Positions 8,837 to 18,926 of a stretch of DNA of 64,000 nt are shown one piece after another (the stretch's first letter is position 1; every line of letters starts with the position of its first letter). Source of the stretch: a virus; the IMG/VR virus record IMGVR_UViG_3300022890_000011, positions 102,602-166,601 of that record. One strand, written 5' to 3'. Position numbers and translations under genes: made by a program. The notes beneath the pieces are model-generated. The model was not told the DNA's origin. It saw only the letters and a program-made list of their open reading frames with translations, and did not search any database.

Positions 8837-10476
8837 TAATTATGTTTATTTTTATAATAATCATCAATTTTATCAAGAATCATAGCACTAAATATATATT
8901 TGTTACAGGAGGAGTTTCTTCATCATTAGGCAAAGGTATTATTTCTGCATCACTTGCAAAACTTTTACAGGCAAGAGGATATCGGGTTACTATTCAGAAA
9001 CTTGATCCATATATTAATATAGATCCCGGAACTCTTAATCCTTATGAACATGGCGAATGTTTTGTTACTGATGATGGTGCTGAAACAGATCTTGACCTTG
9101 GACATTATGAAAGATTTTTGAATATTAATACTTCACAAGCAAATAATGTTACTACTGGTAGAATTTATCAAACAGTTATTGATAAAGAAAGAAGAGGTGA
9201 TTTTTTAGGAAAAACAGTTCAGATTATACCTCATATTACTGATGAAATAAAAAGAAATATTAAATTTTTAAGTAAAAAACAAAAATATGATTTTATTATT
9301 ACTGAAATAGGTGGTACTGTTGGTGATATTGAATCGTTACCATATATTGAATCATTACGACAGTTAAAATGGGAAATGCCAGGAAATGTCATTACAATAC
9401 ATCTTACTCTTTTACCTTATTTGAATGCAACAGGAGAATTAAAAACAAAACCAACCCAACATTCGGTAAAAACACTTCTCGAAGCAGGGGTACAACCAGA
9501 TATTCTTATATTAAGAACAGAAAAATCGATTAATAATGATATTAGAAAAAAAGTAGCTTTATTTTGCAATGTTGATATTTCTTCTGTAATTGAATCAAAA
9601 GATGTTTCAACTATTTATGAAGTGCCTGTTTTAATGCAAAAAGAAAAATTAGATAGAATAGTACTTTCTAAATTACAAATGCCTTTAAAAGAAGAGCCAA
9701 AACTTACACCATGGAAAGATTTTCTTAAAAAATACAATAACCCAAAAAAAGAAGTTAAAATTGGATTGATTGGTAAATATATTGAACTTGCTGATGCATA
9801 TAAATCAATAATAGAATCTTTTATTCATGCTGGAGCCGAAAATGAATGTCGGGTAAACCTTGAATTAATTAATTCGTCAGATCTAACAAATAACACATAT
9901 TCTAATAAACTAAAAGATTTAAAAGGAATTATAATAGCTCCAGGTTTTGGTCACCGTGGTTTTGAAGGAAAAATCTTAGCTGCAAAATATGCCCGTGAAA
10001 ACAATATTCCTTTTCTTGGTATTTGTTTGGGAATGCAATGTGCAGTTATTGATTTTGCAAGAAATGTGATTGGTTATGAAAAAGCAAACTCTTCTGAAAT
10101 GTCAAGAAATACGTTATATCCGGTTATTGACCTTATGGAAGATCAAAAAGAAATACTTGAGAAAGGTGGAACAATGCGATTAGGATCATTTCCTTGTAAT
10201 ATAAAAAAGAATACAAATGCATATAATGCATATAAAAAGAATAAAATAGTAGAACGTCACCGACATAGATATGAATTTAATAATGCATATTTAAAAGATT
10301 TTGAAAAATCAGGCATGATGTCTACAGGAATAAATCCCGGTACAGGTTTGGTTGAAATTATTGAAATACCAAAACATAAATGGTTTGTTGGTGTTCAGTT
10401 TCACCCAGAATACAGAAGTACGGTTTTAAATCCACATCCATTATTTGTAAATTTTGTAAAAGCAACTTTAAATTGA
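8815..10476 (+). CDS. pyrG: CTP synthase; start uncertain (homology begins near 8884)
   Basis: TKYIFVTGGVSSSLGKG, DPYINIDPGT, GICLGMQ, RHRHRYE, QFHPE. Confidence 0.97.
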   Translation: MIVYLNSLIMFIFIIIINFIKNHSTKYIFVTGGVSSSLGKGIISASLAKLLQARGYRVTIQKLDPYINIDPGTLNPYEHGECFVTDDGAETDLDLGHYERFLNINTSQANNVTTGRIYQTVIDKERRGDFLGKTVQIIPHITDEIKRNIKFLSKKQKYDFIITEIGGTVGDIESLPYIESLRQLKWEMPGNVITIHLTLLPYLNATGELKTKPTQHSVKTLLEAGVQPDILILRTEKSINNDIRKKVALFCNVDISSVIESKDVSTIYEVPVLMQKEKLDRIVLSKLQMPLKEEPKLTPWKDFLKKYNNPKKEVKIGLIGKYIELADAYKSIIESFIHAGAENECRVNLELINSSDLTNNTYSNKLKDLKGIIIAPGFGHRGFEGKILAAKYARENNIPFLGICLGMQCAVIDFARNVIGYEKANSSEMSRNTLYPVIDLMEDQKEILEKGGTMRLGSFPCNIKKNTNAYNAYKKNKIVERHRHRYEFNNAYLKDFEKSGMMSTGINPGTGLVEIIEIPKHKWFVGVQFHPEYRSTVLNPHPLFVNFVKATLN

Positions 10477-10597
10477 TAAGAAAAGGAATTGATAAGAGTT
10501 TTTAAACAATAGTTTAAAATTAATATATAAAATAAATTTTTTTAAATTCTAAAATTTACTATATTGTAATAGTAAATTTTTAAAATTTTATAATAAT

Positions 10598-12604
10598 ATG
10601 GATGATGTAGAAAATAAAAAATCAAATAAAAACAGTAATTCTGATACACCAACATTAGATTCTTATGGTGTTGACTTGACAAAAGCCGCAATGGAAGATA
10701 GGTTAGACCCCATAATTGGTCGTGAAGTTGAAATTGAAAGATTGGCTCAAATTTTGAGTAGACGCAAAAAGAACAACCCAGTATTAATCGGGGAGCCTGG
10801 AGTTGGTAAAAGTGCCATAGTAGAGGCTTTGGCTATTAGAATCATAAATAAAAAAGTGTCAAGAGTTCTTTTTGATAGAAAAGTCATGACTTTAGATTTA
10901 GCTTCAGTTATTGCTGGTACTAAATATAGAGGTCAATTTGAAGAAAGGATGAAGGCTATCTTAGATGAATTATCAAAAAATGAGGATGTAATATTATTTA
11001 TTGATGAAATACATACAATAGTTGGAGCAGGTGGTGCATCTGGTTCACTTGATGCTGCAAATATGTTAAAACCAGCTCTTGCTAGAGGTGATATTCAATG
11101 TATTGGTGCAACGACATTAGATGAATATAGACAACATATTGAAAAAGATGGAGCGTTGGAGAGAAGATTTCAAAAAATAATGGTAGAGCCAACTTCTTCT
11201 GAAGAAACAGTTGAAATACTTCATAAAATTAAAGAAAGATATGAAGATCATCATAATGTAGAATATACTGATGAAGCATTAGAAGCTTGTGTTAAATTAA
11301 CTAATAGGTATATTACAGATAGATGTTTACCTGATAAAGCTATTGATGCTCTTGATGAGGCTGGTTCTAGAGTACATATTTCTAATATTGTTGTTCCTCA
11401 ATCTATTTTGGATCTTGAATCTGAATTAGAAATAGCTAAAAAAGATAAATTAGAAGCAGTTAAAGCTCAGAAGTTTGAAGATGCTGCAGAGGCTCGTGAT
11501 TATGAAAAAGATATTTTAAGTGATATTAAATCTGAAAAAATAGAATGGGAAAAAGAACTTTCAAAAAATAAAGAAAAAGTTGACGAACATGATATTGCTG
11601 AAGTTGTTGCGATGATTACTGGTGTTCCAGTTAATAGAATTGCTCAATCAGAAGGTAATAAACTAGTAAAAATGGATGTAGACCTTAAAGGTAAAATTAT
11701 TGGTCAAGATGAAGCACTAAGTAAAATTGTTAAATCTATTAAGAGAAATAGATCTGGGTTGAAAGATCCAAATAAACCAATTGGTACATTTGTATTCTTA
11801 GGTCCTACAGGGGTTGGGAAAACGTGGTTAGCTAAAGTATTATCTGAATATTTATTTGATAGTAAAGATGCTTTAATTAGAATTGATATGAGTGAATATA
11901 TGGAGAAGTTTGCAGTTTCAAGATTAGTTGGTGCTCCTCCAGGATATGTTGGTTATGAAGAAGGCGGACAATTATCTGAGAAAGTTCGTAGAAAGCCATA
12001 TTCTGTTGTGTTATTAGATGAAATTGAAAAGGCACATCCAGATGTATTTAATATTTTACTTCAAATTTTAGATGAAGGTAGATTAACTGATAGTTCTGGT
12101 AGAAGAATTGATTTTAGAAATACATTGATTATAATGACTTCTAATATTGGTACTAGACAATTAGCTGAACATGAAGGTGGTGGTATCGGTTTTGATACAA
12201 AAGCAAAATTAGAAGGTAAAGAATCACATAATAATAGTGTTGTACAGAGTGCTTTGAAAAAAGCTTTTGCACCAGAATTTCTAAATAGATTAGATGATGT
12301 AGTTGTATTTAATTCATTGGATATAAATAGTATTAAAGATATTATTGAAATTGAATTAGAGGGTTTATATTCTAGAGTTGAAGAACTTGGTTATAAAGTT
12401 AAATTGTCACCGAAAGCAAAAGATTATATTTGTGAAAAAGGATTTGATCCTAAATATGGTGCTAGACCTTTAAAAAGAGCAATACAAAAATATTTAGAAG
12501 ATAAATTAGCAGAAACTCTAATATCTACAAATATTAAGCAAGGTTCTACTATTTCAGTTGGATATAGTAAGAAAAATGATGAAATAACAATTAATGTAAA
12601 GTAG
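10598..12604 (+). CDS. clpC: ClpC-type Clp ATPase lacking the N-terminal Clp repeat domain
   Basis: Two AAA modules (GEPGVGKS, GPTGVGKT), UVR M-domain, GAPPGYVG, GARPL. Confidence 0.95.
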   Translation: MDDVENKKSNKNSNSDTPTLDSYGVDLTKAAMEDRLDPIIGREVEIERLAQILSRRKKNNPVLIGEPGVGKSAIVEALAIRIINKKVSRVLFDRKVMTLDLASVIAGTKYRGQFEERMKAILDELSKNEDVILFIDEIHTIVGAGGASGSLDAANMLKPALARGDIQCIGATTLDEYRQHIEKDGALERRFQKIMVEPTSSEETVEILHKIKERYEDHHNVEYTDEALEACVKLTNRYITDRCLPDKAIDALDEAGSRVHISNIVVPQSILDLESELEIAKKDKLEAVKAQKFEDAAEARDYEKDILSDIKSEKIEWEKELSKNKEKVDEHDIAEVVAMITGVPVNRIAQSEGNKLVKMDVDLKGKIIGQDEALSKIVKSIKRNRSGLKDPNKPIGTFVFLGPTGVGKTWLAKVLSEYLFDSKDALIRIDMSEYMEKFAVSRLVGAPPGYVGYEEGGQLSEKVRRKPYSVVLLDEIEKAHPDVFNILLQILDEGRLTDSSGRRIDFRNTLIIMTSNIGTRQLAEHEGGGIGFDTKAKLEGKESHNNSVVQSALKKAFAPEFLNRLDDVVVFNSLDINSIKDIIEIELEGLYSRVEELGYKVKLSPKAKDYICEKGFDPKYGARPLKRAIQKYLEDKLAETLISTNIKQGSTISVGYSKKNDEITINVK

Positions 12605-13391
12605 GTTAAATATATATAATTAAATGTGGAATAAAGAAAAAGATAAAGAATATAAAAAATTAAAGCGTTCTGGATATACTAAAGAACAATTAAAAAAACA
12701 TTTTGGTGAAGATATATATGATTCAAATTATTTACAAAAATCTGAAAAATTATCATTTTTAAAAGATTATAAATCCTATTTGTTAACTGAAATAAAAATA
12801 ACACCAGAAGAAACAGAATATATTATTAAAAAAGAAAAATCAATATCATATAATGACAAATATGATTATGTTATAAATTTTGAAATAGATGCCAATAAAT
12901 ATGTTTTAATTTTATTTTATGTTATATCTAATAATATTCATTCATATGAATTATTATTTACCACAACACAACAATATATCGAATATACGATAGAAATGGA
13001 TAATATATTATCTTTACCTGGTAAACATTTCACTGATAAAGAACAAGAATTTTTAAAAAAGATTGTTGAAAAAGAAACAAATTTTGATGAAGTAATGAAA
13101 TTGATGAAATCAATTTCATATATTTTACTTGATATTTATACAGATTATACATCTATTGATTGTTTTTCAATTCATTCAACAGATAATCCCACAAAAATAA
13201 AATTATACAGAAATATTATAAAAGATTCTTTTAAGAATATAAAAGAAAAGAAAATTGGTGATATTTTTTATTATGAATTTGATTTAGAAGATTTTGATTA
13301 AAATAAAAACAATAAGGTTATGTTTTAGAATAATGTATAAAAGTTTAGTTGGATATAGTAAGAAAAATAATGAAATAACAATTAATGTAAA
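12556..13391 (+). repeat. 45-bp direct repeat (12556-12600 / 13347-13391) duplicating the clpC 3' end
   Basis: agttggatatagtaagaaaaat(g/a)atgaaataacaattaatgtaaa, 1 mismatch. Confidence 0.9.
12624..13301 (+). CDS. Hypothetical protein (cassette between the clpC-end repeats)
   Basis: ORF preceded by AAATATATA. Confidence 0.7.
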   Translation: MWNKEKDKEYKKLKRSGYTKEQLKKHFGEDIYDSNYLQKSEKLSFLKDYKSYLLTEIKITPEETEYIIKKEKSISYNDKYDYVINFEIDANKYVLILFYVISNNIHSYELLFTTTQQYIEYTIEMDNILSLPGKHFTDKEQEFLKKIVEKETNFDEVMKLMKSISYILLDIYTDYTSIDCFSIHSTDNPTKIKLYRNIIKDSFKNIKEKKIGDIFYYEFDLEDFD

Positions 13392-13396
13392 ATAAT

Positions 13397-13822
13397 ATGG
13401 AAAAATTTATTACAGCATTTGCAACAGATAATGAAAAATCATTTACAAATAATCATTTTGGAGATGCTGATTGTTATATGATTTATGAAATTTCATTATC
13501 TGATGTTAAATTTATAAAAAAAATAAGTAATACATCTGAAGAAGAAGATGAAGAAATTCATGCTGACCCTAAAAAAGCTAAAAGTGTTGCAAAAATGTTA
13601 AAAAATGAAAATGTTAATGTTGTTGTTTCTAGAATTTACGGGCCAAATATAAATCGAATTAAAAAAAAATTTGTTTGTGTTTTAATGGATAATGAAGAAA
13701 TTTCTGAATGTCCAAATATAATTCAAAAAAAATTAAATGTTATAATTGATGAGTGGAATAAGGGAGAAGATAGAAATTATCTTAATTTTAGGGGTGAGAA
13801 AAACGAAGATTTAAATAAATAA
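13397..13822 (+). CDS. NifB/NifX (FeMo-cofactor-binding) family protein
   Basis: AFATD...HFGDA..Y.IYE, V.VVVS..YGPN. Confidence 0.75.
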   Translation: MEKFITAFATDNEKSFTNNHFGDADCYMIYEISLSDVKFIKKISNTSEEEDEEIHADPKKAKSVAKMLKNENVNVVVSRIYGPNINRIKKKFVCVLMDNEEISECPNIIQKKLNVIIDEWNKGEDRNYLNFRGEKNEDLNK

Positions 13823-13831
13823 ATATTTATA

Positions 13832-14218
13832 ATGGAAAAACAAGTAAATAGAGCAATTGAAAATATTTACGGTAATGAATATTGGTTGAATATTGTCATA
13901 AATGTAGATAAAGATTATAGTAAATCTAATAAATAAATTGTAAAAGATATTAATGATACATTTAAAAAAACTTTTGATGTTAATGAAAAAATACCAAAAA
14001 TTTTTGCGTCTTGGGTAGATAATTATACAGGTGGATTTTTTGTTATATCATTATATAAAGAAAAAACTAATTGGGGTAATAATTTTACATGGGCTTCAAC
14101 ATTTTATGATTCAGAAGAAGAATTGAACTCAGATAAAGAATCAAATAAAAATGAGGTTTGGATGAATTATGATGAAATGAATTCACATTTTGATGCTTAT
14201 AAATTAGGATTATTATAA
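13832..14218 (+). pseudogene. Hypothetical protein ending DAYKLGLL, with in-frame TAA at 13934-13936
   Basis: Single frame from ATG 13832 to TAA 14218 with one internal stop. Confidence 0.6.
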
Positions 14219-14314
14219 TTTGATAAAATTTATCAAATTATTGATAAAAAAAGAAGAAATTATCAAGAAAACAAAATAATATGGGAGAACTTAAAATAAA
14301 AAGAATATAAAGAT

Positions 14315-15028
14315 ATGGGAAACAAAATGAATTTTTTATTCGATTATTATAAATATATTAAAAATGTAGATAGTTTAGATACATCAACTGATTTAAAGGT
14401 ATATAATATGTTTAAAAAACACACAAAGAATGATAGTTTAGTTATTGTAGAAGGTTTAATAACTACACATCCTATTAAAAAATCAGTAGATATAATAAAA
14501 AGAAGATTCCCAAAATTAAGTGTTAAAGTTGAAGATGAAGGTGAAATATATATAGAAGGTGAAATGAAAAAATTAAAAAATTACATTCCACTTTTTACAA
14601 ATTTAGGTTACTTTGTTTCACTTTATACCATCAATGGACAAGATTGGATTAAAGAATATAGTGATAATATAAAACCGATTGCACTATATTTAGAACCAAA
14701 ATATGATTTAAAAATAGATGTTATTCCAGAAAAATTATATCATTCTTCTCCAATTAAATTTAAAGACAAAATATCAAAAATTGGATTTATACCGAAAACT
14801 GGTAATAAATTGTCAAACCATCCTGATAGAATTTATCTTACCGATAGTTTAGACACAGCTATTAACTTTGGATATAATATTATAAAATCTGGATTTTGTG
14901 TTTATGAAATTAATGGTTCTAATATAAAAAATTTATATAGTGATATAAATTTAAGAAATAGTGGATATTATACCCAAGAAAATATATCACCAAATAACTT
15001 TAATTTAATTAAAGAAATAGAAAATTAA
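14315..15028 (+). CDS. Putative ADP-ribosyltransferase-fold (Tpt1/KptA/DUF952-like) protein
   Basis: LYHSS...I.K.G.IPK...HPDRIYLT...YEI...YT.ENI.P; paralogue of 60612-61316. Confidence 0.55.
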   Translation: MGNKMNFLFDYYKYIKNVDSLDTSTDLKVYNMFKKHTKNDSLVIVEGLITTHPIKKSVDIIKRRFPKLSVKVEDEGEIYIEGEMKKLKNYIPLFTNLGYFVSLYTINGQDWIKEYSDNIKPIALYLEPKYDLKIDVIPEKLYHSSPIKFKDKISKIGFIPKTGNKLSNHPDRIYLTDSLDTAINFGYNIIKSGFCVYEINGSNIKNLYSDINLRNSGYYTQENISPNNFNLIKEIEN

Positions 15029-15220
15029 ATATTTTTTATTTTGTTAAAATTTTTCTATATTGAAATATGATTAATTTAGATGAAATAAATGAGATACACA
15101 AAGAAATACAAAAGATACTAAGTATATCAACGGTTTTTAAAATGAAGGTTGAGAAATATAAGGACGATATAATCGAATTTGAAAATTTTTTAAAAACTCA
15201 AATTATTAAAAATAAATAGA

Positions 15221-15505
15221 ATGGAAAAAGTTAAAGAACAAGTTAAATTTTGGATGATAGAAGGAATTCAAAAAGTTTTAAATGGCGAAGAAGATAATAT
15301 CAAATTATTATATACTAGACCCTATGATGTAATTGAATATATTGAATCTATAGGAGGCATTGATGAAGATAATGGTGAAGATTTTGATTGTAGGTTGGCA
15401 ATGGGATTACCGGAAACAGATTACATATAAAGATAAAAAATATATGATATCAGGTGATGGATATTATCAAGATTATGCAACATTTGGATTAGATAAATAA
15501 ATAGA
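15221..15505 (+). pseudogene. Small hypothetical protein, probable frameshift near 15391
   Basis: An alternative frame continues GWQWDY...ISGDGYYQDYATF. Confidence 0.4.
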
Positions 15506-15835
15506 ATGTAAGAAAAAAGATAATAGAAAGAAAAACAGGGGAGATGGTGAAATGTTATCATATAATGCAAGGACTCATGAGGAAACGGCATTATGTTTTG
15601 AGTTCGAATCTCAATCTCTTCACTAATTAAAACTATCTCAAATGAAAAAAGAAAGAAAAACATCAAAACGATTTAACAAAGATGAATAGACAAGAAATAA
15701 TTAGAATTGAATCTTTATTACAAGAGTGGTATTGTAAAAATTGTGATAATATTAAAGATCAAGATGATAAAGAAGATTATCTAAAGATATTAGAAGCATT
15801 AAGAGAATATAAAATTAAATTAAACTAAAGACGAT

Positions 15836-17095
15836 ATGCAAAAAGAAAGAATTAAAGTAAAACCTACAATTTATAAAGATAAACCAATTCACGTACACGA
15901 AATAGAAATGTTTGATGGAAATATTGGAATTGTTAAAGACACCGAATTTATTAAAGTTTTTAAATCAGATGATTATAATTTTTATTTTAATAAGATTGAC
16001 GGGGAATTCATAAGATGGGGTACCGGAGATTACACAAAAGAACCACCAAAAAAAGTTTCTAAAAAACAAATTGAATTGTACCAATTATGGACAATTTTCT
16101 GGGGTGAAGATGTAGGGAATTTCAAAGATTTTGTTAGAGACCTGGAAACGGATGGTAGTGTTACAAATACAGTGCCGGAAATCTTAGATTTTGAGGTAAG
16201 TGATAAGTGTGCAGGTGTGAGTATGGCTGGTGGTAAGGCTTCGCCTTGTAAATTTTGTTATAAATCGAATAATAATAATGGATCTTATATGACAACTGAA
16301 GATTTTACTAAAGTTATGGATAAGATGCCAAAATCTTTATGTCAAATAGCTTTGGGAATTGGTAATGTAGATCAACCAAATTTATTTGATCTAATGGATG
16401 TGTGTATTCATCGTGGAATCGTGCCAAACTTGACTTTGAATGGAGATCGAATGACTGATGAGATTTGTGATAAATTATCAGAAAGATGTGGAGCAGTTGC
16501 TGTTAGCTATTATGATAAAGATTTAACATTTAATTCAATTTATGAATTGGCTACTGTTAGAAAAATGTCTCAAATTAATATTCATTACTTTTTATCTGAA
16601 GAGACATACGAACAAGGTTTACAGTTAATTGATGATGTTCAAAATGATCCAAGAACTAAAGATTTAAATGCTATTGTTTTTCTTTCAGCAAAAATTAGAG
16701 GAAATGCCGAAAAAAATAATTATCATATTCTTAGTCAGGATAAATATAATATAATTTCACAAAAAGCTTTACATATTGATGTGGCTGTGGGGATGGATAG
16801 TTGTAGTGCATTCAAGACCCTGATTAGTTTTAAAGATGAACCTAATTTTGATTCTTTACAAAATATGATAGAGAGCTGCGAATCAACTATTTATAGTACC
16901 TATATAAATAAAAAGGGAATTTTTTTTCCATGTAGTTTTGCCCAGGGCATCGGTGATTGGAGTGAAGGTATAAATGTTTTAGAGTGTAATAATTTTTTAA
17001 AAGATGTTTGGCATAACGAAAAAACAAGAAAATTTTCATGTGAAGTTGTAAATTGTAGAAATCAGTGCAAATCTTGTGCTATATTTGAAATTTAA
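15836..17095 (+). CDS. Radical SAM enzyme with C-terminal SPASM/twitch-like domain
   Basis: DFEVSDKC-x12-CKFCY, NLTLNG, AVAVS; C-terminal SCES..PCSF..CRNQCKSC. Confidence 0.85.
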   Translation: MQKERIKVKPTIYKDKPIHVHEIEMFDGNIGIVKDTEFIKVFKSDDYNFYFNKIDGEFIRWGTGDYTKEPPKKVSKKQIELYQLWTIFWGEDVGNFKDFVRDLETDGSVTNTVPEILDFEVSDKCAGVSMAGGKASPCKFCYKSNNNNGSYMTTEDFTKVMDKMPKSLCQIALGIGNVDQPNLFDLMDVCIHRGIVPNLTLNGDRMTDEICDKLSERCGAVAVSYYDKDLTFNSIYELATVRKMSQINIHYFLSEETYEQGLQLIDDVQNDPRTKDLNAIVFLSAKIRGNAEKNNYHILSQDKYNIISQKALHIDVAVGMDSCSAFKTLISFKDEPNFDSLQNMIESCESTIYSTYINKKGIFFPCSFAQGIGDWSEGINVLECNNFLKDVWHNEKTRKFSCEVVNCRNQCKSCAIFEI

Positions 17096-17100
17096 AAAAA

Positions 17101-17928
17101 TTAAGGTTTCCATTCTTTAATATTATCGTCCAATTTTGTTAATATTTTTCTACATTTGTATCCTTTGTAAGTGTTTGTTTTACCAGTTGAACAACTATAA
17201 AGTGCAGTTGCATGTAATTTAATATCAGTATAATCTTTACAAAATTCACTAACTTTTATTTTATATTCCTTTCCATTTGGAAATGTAATAATATAGAATT
17301 TAGTGTTTTTGTAGTAAGGATTATTTTTACCTTTTAAGTGTTTTTCTATATAATTATTTTTTTCATCTTTTGAAGCCTTATTTATCCAACATTTATCTTT
17401 TAATTCCTGTTCTGATAATTTTTTTTGATAATTATTATCACCAGTAATATTATTAAGCCATAATTCCCTTTCTTCTTTTGACATTCTTTTTGAAAAATGT
17501 TTTTCTCCTGAAACAAGGTGACCATTTTTATACATACCATTATTCTCACCATATCTATATTTTATTAACCATTTTTTACGTTCTTCTTCAGATAGCCTTG
17601 ATAGCCAGTGATTTTCGCCAACTGAACCATAATTACACAAACCACCTTCTGTTAAATTGTATCCATTTTTATTAGGTGCATATGAATTATATTTTTTGAT
17701 ATAATAGATTTCTCGTTCTTCTAATATATCACTATCGCATTCTTCTACAACTTCCCATTTAAAATTTTCAACACCATATTTAATTAAAGCTTTATGAAAA
17801 ATAGAAAATTTTACACCACTTTTAGCTTCTTTAATATGTTCCTTTTTTCTGATTTTAAGAGTTCTGCCTGTTAATCCGATATAATGTTTACCGTTAATGT
17901 TATTAATTACTTTATAGATTATTCCCAT
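17101..17928 (-). CDS. GIY-YIG homing endonuclease
   Basis: GIIYKVIN..NGKHYIG, E.E.YYI, GYNLT.GG, G..N.Y repeats, NUMOD-like C-terminus. Confidence 0.9.
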   Translation of the reverse strand: MGIIYKVINNINGKHYIGLTGRTLKIRKKEHIKEAKSGVKFSIFHKALIKYGVENFKWEVVEECDSDILEEREIYYIKKYNSYAPNKNGYNLTEGGLCNYGSVGENHWLSRLSEEERKKWLIKYRYGENNGMYKNGHLVSGEKHFSKRMSKEERELWLNNITGDNNYQKKLSEQELKDKCWINKASKDEKNNYIEKHLKGKNNPYYKNTKFYIITFPNGKEYKIKVSEFCKDYTDIKLHATALYSCSTGKTNTYKGYKCRKILTKLDDNIKEWKP

Positions 17929-17935
17929 AGTTATT

Positions 17936-18100
17936 TTATATGATTATATTTTCAATATTCTCGCCTTTTAATTTCAGGTCTTTGTATATTAACCATTCTA
18001 TATATTTTGATCTGTTATTAAAATTTTCTTTTATAACCTTTGTTAATTTAGGATCTAGTGAGATTGAAATTGTAGTCTTTGATTTTTTAGATTTTTTCAT
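17936..18100 (-). CDS. Ribbon-helix-helix protein (54 aa, not in ORF track)
   Basis: MKKSKKSKTTISISLDPKL...NRSKYIEWLIYKDL; similar to 18683-18865. Confidence 0.65.
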   Translation of the reverse strand: MKKSKKSKTTISISLDPKLTKVIKENFNNRSKYIEWLIYKDLKLKGENIENIII

Positions 18101-18682
18101 ATAGTTATATATTAAAATTTAAAAGTCAAAAAGTAACATTATAGTAACATAATAAAACAAGAAATAACAAGATATATAGTTACTATACATTAAACAATAA
18201 TGTCACCAAATAATATTTATTAATAATAATGATGTATAGAATAATTATAAAAGAAGGCAAAGAATGGGTTCAGTATTGAAGGGATTTCACTCAGACATTT
18301 GAAAAACATTCATTATGCAAATAAAGAACAAGATACAATAAATCAAATAATTGAGTTGTTAAAAGATTTAGAATAAAAGTTTTACAAAAATAGTAATATA
18401 GGTATATATTAAAAAACAAATGTTAAAAATAATAAAAATTATGAATCGTTTTGAACTGAAATCTTGATATAGTTAAGAATTTTTTCTGGACAGATTTTAA
18501 ATATTAATATCCTATTTATGAGATCAAAAAATAATAAAAATTAAATGAAAAACATTAAAATGAAAATTAAAATTAATTTTAAAATTAAAATGAAAGTAAA
18601 TATCATAAAAATTGTAAAAATCATTATTACAATTATTTTAATCTTTGTATAAACATTTTTGAAATTTTCAGATAATTAATTA

Positions 18683-18865
18683 ATGAGAAATAAATTATCA
18701 GAAGAAAAGAAAAAGAAGAAATTTTCGGTTTCAATTAACAAAGATCTTAACATTAAATTGGAGGAATATTTAGAAGATACGAATATTAATAAGTCTAAAT
18801 ATATTGAATCTTTGGTTAGAAAAGACCTAGAAGACAGGGGAGAAGATGTTGAAAAAGAATTTTAA
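18683..18865 (+). CDS. Ribbon-helix-helix DNA-binding protein
   Basis: KFSVSIN..L...L......NKSKYIE.LV. Confidence 0.7.
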   Translation: MRNKLSEEKKKKKFSVSINKDLNIKLEEYLEDTNINKSKYIESLVRKDLEDRGEDVEKEF

Positions 18866-18926
18866 AAAATTTTTTATATTTCTATATTTCCTTATATTCA
18901 CATAATTATAAATTTAAAATAAAAAC

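Noticed and set aside
18200-18680. AT-rich intergenic region as replication origin or ncRNA
   Set aside because: Only low-complexity aaaatt/aaaatg runs and decayed ORF fragments; no iterons or stable structure seen.
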